Shown here in pieces: positions 26,551 to 39,030 of a stretch of 64,000 nucleotides of DNA (the first letter of the stretch is position 1; every line of letters begins with the position of its first letter). The stretch covers positions 17,424,001 to 17,488,000 of the forward strand of contig NW_024704743.1 in NCBI RefSeq assembly GCF_018977255.1. The letters are read 5' to 3'. The translations under genes were made by a program, and so were the position numbers. Under the pieces are notes generated by a model that saw only the letters and a program-made list of their open reading frames with translations, ran no database searches and had not been told where the DNA came from. This DNA is from Callorhinchus milii. Its lineage: Eukaryota.

Positions 26551-26780
26551 TAATAATAATCCTTGCATTTCGTGTAGTGCCTCATCACGTCGGAATAATA
26601 ATAATAATAATCCTTGCATTTGATATAGCGCTTTTCACGTCATCTAGACGTCTCAAAGCGCTTCACAGAATATACTGTAAAGTGAATTGACTGTATATTT
26701 GTGGGCGAAATGTGGCAGCCAATTGCACACAGCAGTGTCCCACAAACAGCCATGGATTGAAAATGACCAATTTATTATTT
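26551..26780 (-). mobile_element. SINE 3' part plus a second SINE tail in tandem
   Basis: Two successive (aat)nccttgcattt tails; the body extends to tgaccaatttatt. Confidence 0.85.
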
Positions 26781-26848
26781 GTTTTGGAGAGATTATTATT
26801 AGGCATGTTATTATTGTGTTGTGTTTTGCGATGCAAACACCAGGTCGG

Positions 26849-26890
<42 letters not shown>
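26849..26890. repeat. (AAT)n microsatellite
   Basis: About 14 ata units; source of the poly-Y and poly-I stretches in the ORF track. Confidence 0.95.
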
Positions 26891-28021
26891 GAGGAATGAC
26901 ATCTTAAAGTGCTTCACAGGAATAACTGTGAAATAGAGCGACTGCATTTTTGGCAAACACAGTAGCACATTTGCGCACAGGATTGGGGGTTATTTTTGTC
27001 CCTACAGAGTAAGATTATTATTCCTACAGAGGTCTATCATCCGAGGTTGGTAACCTACATTAGCATGTGTTTAAATGAATACTTCTAGGTGCCTGTCCTA
27101 AATTGCCCTTCACAATTCTTGTCCAATTTTCTCAGCATATAAAATAAGCAACCGTGCAGAACACATGTAATAAATTGTCAAGCCAATCTCTGCAGCAAGG
27201 AGAATAGTCTTAAAGTGGCTGTTATATCACTGCAGCACTCAGGTCCTCCTGCAGGTGTCCTTATTTGATAAATAGGTTGCCTGTACCATCCCTTTGCTTA
27301 AGAGCATCCAAACAAAACCATTGAGGCTTCAGTATAAATGTATTGAAATTTCCCTTTGTCTGGAATAGAGTGCATTCTCTCTCCTTCTGGAAGGGACGTG
27401 CCCTGCTCAGCTAATCCCAGAGAGTAATAGGGCCCAGGTTGGCAAGAGCTGATACGAAAAATGATCTATTCCCCACGGTGATGACGTGTGACTTCAGGGA
27501 GCAGTTATTTTCAGCTCAATTCATCATATTGCAGCTGCAGAAAATAAACTGAATGCAAACAAAAGGGAATGGATCTTCAAGGTTTCAGCGTACACTTACT
27601 TTCCAAACAACAAGAACGCCTAAACAAATCAGAAGGTGGTGACGAGTGCACTGAATGCAAATGATGAATGTTGGTGTCCAAACCACGAGAATTTGGGCCA
27701 TGACTACAATTGGTTAATTGTTTTGTGTGTGTGCAAGGCCATTTCAGGAAGCAACACCAAAATTTATTTATATAGCAGGGCAGTCAAGCAGCACAGCTCC
27801 CTAAGACTTCATTCCCTCCTTGGTAGCTTGTGAAGGGGAATCTCACTTGTGTGACGCAAAGGTATCTGGCTTTAAAAAAAGATATATATGTATTATTAAA
27901 AAATATTTAAAATATATCTGTAGACAGAATATTCGTGGAATATTTATTTGTAGACAGAATATATATTTACACTCATCTCGAAGAAAGAATTCCCGTAACA
28001 GTCCTGTAGCGTAGTGGTTAG

Positions 28022-28142
28022 ATAATAATAATAATCTTTGCAGTTGATGTTGTGCCTTATCACATCTTCGAGACGTCTCAAAGCACTTCACAGAATATAT
28101 TGTAAAGTGGATTTACTGTGTATTTGGTGGACGAAATGCAGC
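28022..28142 (-). mobile_element. SINE tail, truncated exactly at the segment B junction
   Basis: ataataataataatctttgcag..gacgtctcaaagcacttcacagaata..gacgaaatgcagc|ctgaagta. Confidence 0.85.
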
Positions 28143-28440
28143 CTGAAGTACTTCTTGTCAGTCTCTTTAGCTCAACCCTTTGTACATCAACATCAACAAA
28201 TTACATCTGTACAACTCCTTTCACGTCTGGAGGAAGTCCCAAGGAGTTGAAACTCTATAGCCTGTTTTCTCTCCTGCACACCCATTGCCTCCCATTCTCG
28301 CTGTGTTTCACTGGATACAATATAATGTTAACATTAGAGCTGAATTGATTAGAAGTCTTCACACAAAAGGTCATTCAAATTTGAAATTGAGAGGCCCAGA
28401 AGTTATGCAGAACAGATTTTGATGTTTAAGAGGGAGCTAG
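28143..28440 (+). repeat. Segment B copy 2
   Basis: Identical to 21713-22010 and continues into unique sequence. Confidence 0.97.
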
Positions 28441-28819
28441 ATAGATACTTGGGAAGTAAAAAAAATCGTAACAGTTATACAGAATAGGAGAGAAATGGGA
28501 ATTAAAAGTTCTGTCATGATCTAACTTTATGGCACTTAGCTCAATGGAGCCCAATGGATCTTTTCCTATATCCCCAAACCCTTTGTCAGTGTTACATAAT
28601 ATGCACATATACAGTATTTTCAAAGGACTTCTCATTATTTGTTTCTTTGTGCTATTTTGGAATGCGCAGTTGAATTGCTAGCCAGTGTGGCAGTGCATAA
28701 TTGTTAGAGTGAAAAATGGCTTGCTAGATACACTATATCATTTCTCTTCTCAATAAGGTCATCTCTTCCAAATAGGATTTGGACTCCAACAACACTTGAC
28801 TCCTCATCCCCATAACTTT

Positions 28820-29205
28820 TTTTCACCTCCGCCACATTGCCTGCCTCCATCCGTACCTCACAACCGATACACCTGAAATCCTTGTCCATGCTTATGTCAC
28901 TTCCTGGCTCTTGCTCAGCTGGCTCTGGCCTCCTATTTGTACCTCACGCCCTCCTTTCCACCACCGGTGGCCGTGTCTTCAGCCACTATGCCCCCAAACT
29001 CTGGAACTCTCCACTTCAATCCCTCCGCCTTGCCCCCTCCCTCCCCACCTTTAAATCCTCCCTAAAGACATTCCTTTTTGATCTTGCTTACGGTCACCTA
29101 CCCCTTCCCTCTCCCCGTGGCTCGTTTTCAGACTCCGCTGTTGTCCAGCGCTCTGGGACGTTACCCTGCATGAAGGGCACTATACAAATGCAACTTGTTG
29201 TTATA
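28820..29205 (+). mobile_element. L2 LINE 3' end
   Basis: GGRVFSHYAPKLWNSPLQSLRLAPSLPTFKSSLKTFLF; tail gcactatacaaatgcaacttgttgtt. Confidence 0.9.
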
Positions 29206-29420
29206 AATTGGTTTTATATTTTTAAAATAGCGCCAGGCTACTGTAACGAAGGGATTTCATGGTAAAATAAAATGGTACAATAGGTGGGATGCATGGAATT
29301 CTCAGTTGGGTTTGGAGACTCTTAAACATTGTGATGGGTTTCCACATGTGTCAGCCACCCGGCTGATCAACAAAAACAACAAAAAATCCCTGGCCATCAC
29401 ACTGTATCACTGATCTATGT

Positions 29421-29780
29421 GGAGTCCTGTAGCTCAGTAGTTAGAGCCTCACAAGTGAAACGACTTGAGTTCGATTCCTGGGCAGGGTGAAACCTTAAGC
29501 AAGTTTCCTTACTCCAACACTTCTGCTTATCTCGCAGTACGTAGGAACCCAGTAGTTAATCGATTGGTGGATCGCTTTTCCGGGGATAATAATCCCTCCA
29601 AAAAATAATAATTTGGTCACTCAATCTATGACTGTTTGTGGAACATTGCTGTGCGCAGTTGGCTTCCATGTTTCACCCACAAAACATACAGTTACTACAC
29701 TTTACAGCATATGCTGTGAAGTGCTTAAAGACGTCTTGAAGATATGATGAGGCACTGCGTCAAATGCAAGGATTATTATT
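29421..29780 (+). mobile_element. tRNA-derived SINE, full length
   Basis: A-box tagctcagtag and B-box-like gagttcgattcc, then body and tail caaatgcaagg(att)n. Confidence 0.92.
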
Positions 29781-30209
29781 ACTACAATATGGTACATTAC
29801 ATAGTGATTATGTAAAATCTTGGCCTATTATTCCCATTCTTTGATAATCGCCGTAAACTGACTGAAAAGTTATTCAAAATGACTAGATGATTTAATAGGT
29901 TAATGTACTGGTGCATTGACTGTATAGACTGATGCTCAATTCTATAGACCAAATAATTGGCTTGGTTTGTGCTGAGTTGTCTGATTTCAGCGAGGGTAGT
30001 GGCAAGAGCGCTGTTGTTAGCCATAGCAATACTGGGCCAATGAAGGCACATATCAGTCAGGATTCCTTTTCCTGCTACAATCCAACCCCATAACATTAGG
30101 CACTGCATCATAACAGATCTGTAAAATGAAAATGTCTGCAGCCATGCTTCTAGATCATCAGGTTGCTGTTGACGATTGGACAGGCTAGGATTCTGCATCC
30201 TTAAGAAAC

Positions 30210-30600
30210 TCAATGGGGACCTCGTAGAGATGTATAAAAGTTTAAATGCAATTGCAAAAGTAAACCCAGATCAATTATTTAGGATGGACCATGACAGTAG
30301 AACAAGAGAACGTAGGTTTACAGGCTGCAAAGGGTAATTTCAGGTCAGATCCCAGGAAGTGTTTATATATATATATAAAAATATATATATCTATAATATA
30401 ATCGGAAGGTAATCAACCACTGGAAAAGTTTGCCAGGAAAGGTGGTTGAGGCCAGGACTGGACTCCTTTATAAAGGAGTTTAAACGCTTGACTCCTTTAT
30501 AAAGGAGCTTGGTGCAGTGATGGCATTATGGTTGGGTGGATGGTCTGAAAGTATGAGATCAAATGGGCTGAAGGGCCTTCTTCATCCAAACCAATCTTGT
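30210..30600 (+). mobile_element. CR1 LINE 3' end
   Basis: ggggacctcgtagagatgtataaaag (GDLVEMYK), agaacaagag, ggtggttgaggcc; tail aatgggctgaagggccttcttcatcc. Confidence 0.8.
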
Positions 30601-31876
30601 GACAACACTTCCGTTTTCCGATGTTGAAGAATCATTCATGAGAGCGGTAATGGATGACTTCTTGTGCACTATATGCATGCTGTAGCACTATATGCATACA
30701 CAAGAAGTGGATCAATCAGCACTGGAAAGTGGCAGTGAACTGTACTTTGGTACAGTATGGGTCTACAACCCATAAACAGCCGGACATTGTAACGATTGGC
30801 ATTATAACAGGGTCACATTGTATTCAGTGATTCCCGCTGGGGAAACTTGAGTGTGTGGCTAATGGACTTGTGCTATAATGATCTTCCTGGTCTGATAGCC
30901 GGCTGATAATCACTCTCTAGGCCGCACACAAAAAAATGGTCTGAGTCACAGGATGAGATACGGGCATCTGGGGAACTATACCCTTACGCAAGTTCTCTCC
31001 TTCGGGAGAAGAGCAGCGAAAATTTGGGCTAAGAAAGCTCACAAGTAGAATCATGAAAATTTACAATGAAACTTGCATTTATACAGCACACCTCACACAG
31101 GGTAGTGTCTCAGAGCGCTTTGTGGCACAGAAGGAGGCCATTCAGCTCATCCCGTCTGAATTGGATATCAGAGCACGGTGTTAATTCAGTGGCACTGCCC
31201 TACCTTATCCTCCTGCTCCTTCAAGCCTCTATCCTTCATATACTTATTTATTTCCCATCTTGAAATCCACAGTGGACTCTACCTCTATCACCATATTTAT
31301 CGGGGCATTTTTTCACCTTCACAACTCTGTGAGTGAAAACATTTCACTTAAGCTCTCCTTTCACTCTATCTTTTAACTGTGGCCCCTAGACACTGACTCC
31401 CCTACTAATGGAAGTAGCTTGCCTATTTAATTATTTTAACTTGGGTCTTGTTTCCAGGCAATGGGCCAGAACAATGAATTTAGGGAAGTTTAAGAAATAT
31501 TATTATAGAATTTTGCACAATAATTAGCTAAAATGAATAAATTGTTCTATATTTACTTCTACAGCTAAAACTGGTTTCACTTGTATAAAATCCTGCTGTA
31601 GTTTCGCTCATTTAAGATGATGTGCGTGTAGAAACAGGAAGTGAAAATGAGTGCTGTGCAGAAAGTGTCATGTTATACCATCAAGTGTCGTCTGATCTGC
31701 TCTTTATGACCTACCTCAGCATCATGTATCATAAATCAATATTGTATGCAAATGTTTTACTCTTTCCAACCCCTCTAACCTCAGTCATCCAGCCAGCCAA
31801 GATAATTTAGAGGAAAATGATGGATCGATGGGGAGGTCCAAAGTGCGATGTGGTTTAACTCATTGTGTAAGGTGTC

Positions 31877-32045
31877 AGCCTGGCTCAGTTGGTACCACTT
31901 TGATATCTGAGTGAAAAGGCATTTGGGTTCAAGTCCCATGCATGGCAGGAGTTTGAACTCACAGAGTCTAGGGGACTGACACTCCCATACAGTGCTGTGA
32001 GTAAGAGGGGCCTTTCTTCGCATGAGACATTAAACCAAGGTCTAG
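31877..32045 (+). mobile_element. tRNA-headed Deu-domain SINE (SacSINE1-like), 5' part
   Basis: tggctcagttggta..gggttcaagtccc..ctgacactcccatacagtgctg..atgagacattaaacc. Confidence 0.65.
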
Positions 32046-33669
32046 CACTTTTCAAATTGGGAGGATGTCTCAAAGAGCTTCACAGGATATACTATAAATT
32101 ATGTTGACTGTATTTTGTAGGTGAATGTGGCAGCCAAATTGCACAAAGTGTTGTCTCACAAATTCCCTTCTTGCTTTGAATATTGTCAAGGGATCTATAA
32201 CATCCACCTGAACAGGCAAAAGGGACCTTGGTTTGATATCTTATCTCAAGGACAGAACCTCTGACAATTCAGTGCTCACCCAGAATTGTGCTGAAGTGTC
32301 AGCCTAGATTGTGAGTTCAAAGTCCTAACTTTGGCCATGAACCCACAGTCAATTTGCACACAACAGCGTCCCACAAATGGCCATGAACTGAATGACCAAT
32401 TTAATTTGGAAGATTGTTGACTACTCATTGTGAATGGCTTTACTAAAGTAAAAGGAGAAAATCTATTTCCACTGGTTGGTGAGTCATCAACAACAACCTG
32501 GAATTATCATATAGATAAAATCTGGAGAGTTTTCCTTTGAAGGGTCAGGTGCTGAGCAAAAGAGGAGGAAGAGGATGGTGATTATAGGAATGGATGAATC
32601 GGAAGCTTTTACGACGGGATTTAGACAGCGAAAGGGTGAGATGGAGAGGCAGATGGGGTTCCAGAGATTAGCGATGTGGTTGCTAATGATTTAAGCACGA
32701 ATAGTGGCATGATCAGAGGATATTTACAGGAGGATACATAGAAAAAAAAACACTTAGAGGATTAAAGCAGATAGTTCTACTGGGAGAGCCAGTGCCACAG
32801 GTATGGATATGATGGGCCACATGGTCATTTTTTTTGCTATAAATGTTCAATGATTGTATAAGAGAATCTGAAGTGAATCTGATGTAGAGCGAAATCCAGG
32901 ATAACATTTGAGGGATGAAGATGACTTCCCAGCCAAAGTAATGATTTATTGTAAATTGTGCAATTCACGATTTTTTTATGTTTTATGCAAATGCAGTTCC
33001 TAAATTGTATAACTACAAGCTTTGGGTATCAATGCTTGTGTGCAATTTCACTGCTGTCTCTTGGTTTGACATTTTCTCATGCCTTCTGATGAGTCAACTC
33101 CAGTAAGTCTCTTGTGCAATACTTAATGCTTCCAGTAATGTAGCACTGTAGTTTTTGTGTTACACAGATATTAACTGTTATATGGACTGCAAAAGGTGCG
33201 AACAGCATCATCAAAGTTCAAAGGATCTATGGTATACACTACAGTTTGCCATTTTTGAAGTTGATATCAGGCACTTCAATGAATAATTAATCATTACTTC
33301 ATAGCTGTATGTGGGACATTATTTTGCCCAAATTGACTGTCTATTTGCACAAGGTAATGACCCATATCCAGACTAAATCAACAGTCACATTGCTGTTTTG
33401 ACAATGTGATGGTTAAAATGCAGAAATAGGATTGTATAATTATTATGATATTAAATAATTTAACAATAATGATTATAAGTACAGTATTCTAAAAATAATT
33501 CTGATCACTACACATATTAAAGAAGGACTATTTTAGTTTGTTTGATATTCATTGTATTTTTTTTCAGTCAAAATAATCCTTTTAGTTATAGAAAAAGCTG
33601 ATTGGGTCACCACCCGCTTAAAATTAGAGTATTTAAATGATAATTTATGTTTAAAATTAATTTTGCATC

Positions 33670-35095
33670 TCAGTAGAACCATAGAAGTTTACAGAAGAGG
33701 CCAAGAGCAATCCTCTCAATCACACTTACCTGCCCTTTCCCCATACCTGTAGCTGACTCTTCTTAAGGTATCTGTCCAGTTCCATTTTGAAGGCCGATAT
33801 GGATTTTGCCTCGACTACCACTCCCAGCAGGATGTTCCATATCCTAACTACTCATGGCTGAATGTGTGTGAAAATATTTCTCCTAGTCTCCACATTTGCT
33901 TGTTTACTAGCTACCTTAAATTGATGCCCTCTGTTACTTTTTCACCAACCAGTGGAAATATTTTTTTACCTATTGACTATCAAAACCACTCAATAATTTT
34001 AAAGACCCTTCAACGTTCTTTGTTCCAACAAAAACAAGTCCCAGTCCCTCCAGTCTCTGCTCATAGGCCAAAACACTCACCCCAGTACCATCTGAGTAAA
34101 TCTACTCTTCACGCTCTCTATCACCTTGACATCTCTTCTAAAGTGAGGTGACCAATATGGGATACAATATTCTAACTGTGGTCTAACTACTTATATAAGT
34201 TTAGCAGTAACTGTTTGCTTTTATATTCTATACACCTATTTATAAAATGTAAGATTCTATTAGCTTTTTTGACAGCTTTATCCACCTGCCTCCCCACCTT
34301 TAAGGATTTATGTACATTAACCGTTTGCACTTCTATTCCTTTTTATATTTTACCACCTAACATAAAGTTGTTGAGTGGTAACATATTAAAAGGAGTAGAA
34401 GCCGGTCGCTGGTGTATTCACCCATTCTAAACTCTGTAACCCCATCAAACCAATCCTCGCCAGGCTCCACTGGCTCTCTATCAAAGAGCAGATCGATTTC
34501 AAGATCCTCGCACTCATCTACAAACCCCTTCGTGCCCTGGTAACTCTCTGCCTCTCCGACCTGCTTATTCCCCATGCCTCTGCCTCCGCTTGGCTGGTTC
34601 TGGCCTCTTGCTTGTCTCTTGTACCCTCCGCTTCACCATCGGCGACTCTGCTTTCAGCCACAATGCCCCGAAACTCTAGAACTCTCCCTCTCAATCCCTC
34701 TGCCTTGCCCCCTCCCTCCCCATTTCATACTGTAGGACCTACCTTTTTGACTGTGCCTATGGCCACCTTCCCCCGTCTCAGTGTCAGGCTCCGCCATCAT
34801 TAAGCACTGGGAGACACTACCCCGTGTGAAGGGCGCTATATAAATGAGGCTCGGGTCCGAAACTCTGACTGTCCAGCGCCTTTGGACGTCCTCCCGACGT
34901 GAATAATCCTTATTCTACCTTCCAAAACGTACAACCTCACACTGTCTGTTTTAAATTTTATTGATTACTTCTCTGTTCAATCAACTTATCTGTCCATGTC
35001 TGTGTCCCACTGAAGTTGATTACAATCTTTTTCATTGTTAACTGACTACACTCCCTATTTCTATGTCATTTGCAAACTGAGAAATTGTGTCCCTT
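33670..35095 (-). mobile_element. CR1 LINE fragment interrupted by an L2 3' fragment (+) at about 34395-34900
   Basis: Host: accatagaagtttacag..ttccatatcctaac..ctaactgtggtctaac..acaacctcacactgtctg..gtcatttgcaaac. The insert has aggctccactggctc..gatttcaagatcctc..ggcgctatataaatg. Confidence 0.75.
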
Positions 35096-36324
35096 ATACA
35101 GGAATCAGGGAATTGCACCATATTATTTATCGCAACTTCATTCAACCAAAGGCATTTCACTTCTTGCTGAGAGAATGACAGGAAGATGAAAAGCATTAAT
35201 TTTCAATTCGTACATTGGATAACTTTCAATTTTGTCTAAATATAGCCTCGATAAAAGGCAAAAGGCAATCCGTTAAACTCTTTTTAAGCGGAGAGCCTTC
35301 AAAAATATGCTCAGACACTTAAATAGTTATAATAACTTGAAATCAATTTAGCTCTTACTGTGACAACTCGTTTTTTTATCCCAGAATCTCACTTTCCTTC
35401 ACTTGCTCTGCCATTGAGTACACCAGTCTGGGGTCTATGATACACAATACAATGCATTGTGCAGTTATTTAGCGTCTTTCATATCAGGAGGACTTTTCAA
35501 AGTGCTGTACCCAGCTGGCTAGGCACCTAAGCCATCCGTGTTCAGCCGGTTCATTAGTGTGAAAACAATTGCTACTTTAGCAGTTAGCAAGTGTTGGTGG
35601 TAATGTCTGTGAACATGTAACATGCTGATATACGCACTTAGACAACCTGGTTCAACTTTTTCCAACCTGCTCAGATCCCACTCCACTCCTCTTGCTACAC
35701 ATCCCTTGAATCCTCCACTTCACCGTCAGTGGTTATGCTTTCAGCCCCAAACTATTCCCCGAATCTCTGAAACTCCCTGCCTCCATCCCTCTGCCTTGTA
35801 CCCACTTTGCCTGTCATCAGGTCACATCTGAAGACTTTCCTCTTCAACTGTGTCTGCAATCACCTCTCTCCTCTTCCTGGCCTGGTGAACGACACCATTA
35901 TTAGGGTTCTGAGACCCTGCCCCGAGAGAAGGCACTACATAGGGTGAATCAGAAGTCCTTACTCATAGAATTGTTAATTATTAATTATGTTTTTTTCAAG
36001 ATCACATTGGTAGAGAGTGTGCAGCTACTACAGGAGACATCTTTCATCACGTTTGTGAACGTTTTTGTCAGAGTTGATATGGGGAAATGTCTACATGGCA
36101 GGCAGTTTGGATATCTCATATGACTAAGGACTTTTAATACATCCTGTATAAATGCAAGTTGTTGTTCTTGTTGGTGGTGGATTCATTGCCTTGCCCAGTT
36201 TAATTTGGGTGGGAGAAGGTGCAAAAAATATGGATTTCATGTCTAGGAATGTTCCGTGTTAAAATAGTTTTATTTAATGTTAAAATCTGCAGAACTCGAG
36301 CAATATATAATCCAGGGCATATGG

Positions 36325-36646
36325 AAAACGGGGGAAAAAAGGAAATCCAGTGGAGCAGAAGGAATAAAAGGGAAATCCAGAGAAGAGGATGAAAAAAGTG
36401 GAAATCCAGAGGAGAAAAGGGGGTAAAAGGGAAATCCAGAGGAGAAGGATGAAAAAAGGGAAATCTAGAGGGGGGAAAAAGGGAAAACCAGAGAAGAGGG
36501 GAAATTCAGAGGAGAAAGAGGGGGAAAAAAAGGAAATCCAGAGAAGAAGGGGGAAAAGGGGAAATTCAGAGGAGAAAGAAGAAGCAAATGGAAATCCAGA
36601 GGAGAAGAGGGGAAAAAAAGAGGAAATCCAGAGAAGAGGGAAAAAC
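36325..36646. repeat. Purine-rich minisatellite, about 11 units of roughly 30 bp (GGAAATCCAGAGGAGAAGAGGGGAAAAAAG-like)
   Basis: A GGAAATCCAG-like core (variants tt, ta, aa) recurs near 36341, 36371, 36400, 36430, 36459, 36482, 36500, 36532, 36560, 36590 and 36622. Confidence 0.92.
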
Positions 36647-37470
36647 GGTAAAGTATTTTCAATACTATAATTATTTTAGGTGTGCAGATTTTCCGAAGGG
36701 GAAATCTGGAAGATTGGTGGTAGGCAGCCAGAAGAGACTGACTGTTCAAATGCAACTAATAAGTTATGGTTGCCTCATTATTGGCACTGCTTACTTATCT
36801 CATGGTTGACAAGATAACATTTATTTCTAACACTTTTTTATAGGTTTTGAACTGAAATAAAAATAAATAATGAATTTTTAAAAAATGGTTTGGTAGCTCA
36901 GGAAAATCTCTTGAAGCACCTTTGTAATATCACACCAGTAGAAATGATTCATTTCACTGTGTAACCCATTAAAGACGTTCTAAATTTAAATAGCTGTCAC
37001 ACCGAGTCTCTTGGCGATTTGGCCAACAGTCCTCCAGGTAAATCGGTCATCCATTTTATCTGGCACATTGTTGAATGCAAATCAGCTGTCACAGTTTGCC
37101 TTTAAAAAATACAGTCACTACACTTAATGGCAATTACCTATGAAGTCCTCTGAGACATTTCATCAATATTATAGGTCTTCATGATTTTGTGTACTGTATT
37201 TGATACAGCAACGTATCATGTCGTCAATGTCTCAAAGTACGTCACATAATTTACTGTAAAGTGCAGTGACTGTGTACTCATGTTGTCTGGTTTCAGCATA
37301 TTAAATGCCCACTGCAGCAAACTACTTTTAAACAACTACACCCAAGGTCACACCTCTCGATCCGGTGCATTGTTTATTGATTTTCTGCAGGTAAAAAAGA
37401 TAACCTCAGACTCGAGAGATCGGACAAATAAAAACTGGAATTCTTTATTGCCATCTCTTTTTTATATTAT

Positions 37471-37781
37471 TAATAATAATCCTTGCATTTGATATCACAT
37501 CTTTTCACATCGTTGAGACGTCACAAAGCGCTTCATATACTGTAAAGTTAATTATATTTTCTGGGCGAAATGTGGCGGCCAATTGAGTCGTGGATTGAAT
37601 GACCAAATTATTATTATTTTTAAGGGATTATTACCCGCGGAAAGTGATCGACTAAACAATTAGGTTCTTACTTACTGCTAGGTAAACACAGATATGTGGA
37701 GTAAGGAAACTTGCTTTAGGTTTAGCCCTGTGGGGTATCGAACCCAGGTCTTTTCGCTTGTGAGGCAAATGCTCTGACCAT
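37471..37781 (-). mobile_element. tRNA-derived SINE, internally deleted
   Basis: Tail at 37471, body gtggagtaaggaaacttg, head atcgaacccaggtc..gctctgacca. Confidence 0.88.
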
Positions 37782-37999
37782 CACGAGTCCTGCTTGTGAC
37801 AAAAATATCAATAATCGTTCCTAGCAATCTGATTTGTAAAGAACTGATGGTGATTTGACACAGTTTATAAACAGAGATGGTTTGACAGGATCTTGTCCAC
37901 AAATCCCACAATCACTATACAGTATACCCTGAGAAGCGCTTTGGGACGTCCTGCAATTTCAAGAACGATGATTGATTAATGATTTATTATTGTTTATAA

Positions 38000-38140
38000 G
38001 CATATGTAGTTCCTATATTCAAGAAAGGTAGCCGACCCATACCCGACAATTAGCCTGACCTCAATTGGAAACTGATGGAATTAATAATTACAAACAAAAT
38101 AGAAAGGCACCAAATGACAGTCTACATTGGGTCACAACGG
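38000..38140 (+). mobile_element. CR1 RT N-terminal remnant
   Basis: gtagttcctatattcaagaaaggtagc = VVPIFKKGS, then ISLTS- and GKLMELII-like sequence. Confidence 0.65.
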
Positions 38141-38149
38141 GTATATATT

Positions 38150-38478
38150 GTCTCTTCAAGTATGACCTGTCCATCCAGGCTCTGGCTCCAATACAGTGTT
38201 GTCATTGTTAGAGGTGCTGTCCTTTGGATGAGACATTAAACGGAGGTCCCATCTGCCTGTTAAAATGAACAATAAAGATCTAATGGCACTATTTGAAAAG
38301 AGAAGGGAGTTTACCTCGGTCCTGGCCAACAGATCTCCCAGATAAAACTGGTCATTCACTTCATAGCTGACTCTGGGACGTTGCTGTGTGCTATTTGGCC
38401 ATAACGTTTGCCTACAAACATATAGTCATTATTTTGCAATGAATCTTTGAAGTTCTTTGAGATGTCCTCCTGACATGT
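38150..38478 (+). mobile_element. Deu-domain SINE (SacSINE1/AmnSINE1-like)
   Basis: gaggtgctgtcctttggatgagacattaaacggaggtccc..taaagatctaatggcactatttgaaaagagaagggagtt..tcctggccaac is a Deu-core pattern. Confidence 0.75.
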
Positions 38479-38639
38479 TCTCCTTCATCTATATTTGAAT
38501 AACATTGAAAATTATACTGGTGATCTCTTGCAGTGAGGTGAGAGTGAGAGCCATTCTGTGGCTTTCCACAGCTGAGATTGTTCTACCAAAAGTTTGATAA
38601 AACTTCAGCACTAATGATAAACAATTAGAAAAAATAGGC

Positions 38640-39030
38640 TCTTGAGAGAAGTAAACTTAGAGGGGAACTCATAGAGGCGTACAAAATTTTTACTTGTTTT
38701 GAGAATTGCAAAGGGCAATTTCACGATAGAAACCTTTTTCTTTACTCCGAGAGTAACAGGTTTCCAGGGAAGGTGGTTGAGGCCAGGACTTTCACTGGAC
38801 TTTCTTTCAAATGTAAATTAGGTAGATTTATTTTGGGATACAATGTAACCAGGATGGTGGCAGACGAACTGGATGGTCCTTGGTCTTCTTTTGTCTAGAA
38901 ATTCTTATGTTTTCGAGTTCTTATTTAAAAAGCAGCTTGAGGTTGTGATAAGAAGATGTTAGGGTGGCTTTTCTGGAAGGGTGAGATCAAATGGGCCAAA
39001 GAACCTTCTTTATCTGAACTAATCTTGTGA
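38640..39030 (+). mobile_element. CR1 3' fragments (two tails)
   Basis: ttagaggggaactcatagaggcgtacaaaatt (LRGELIEAYKI); tails similar to those at 25640-25687 and 30550-30600. Confidence 0.7.

Noticed and set aside
36389..36755. K/R/E-rich and F/P/S-rich ORFs
   Set aside because: They are translations of the minisatellite.
37340..37396. TGCAG|GTAAAA as a possible end of RUNDC3B exon 1
   Set aside because: The upstream frame reads DPVHCLLIFCR, not the expected RRNLITVCR, and there is no start codon or CpG-island context.
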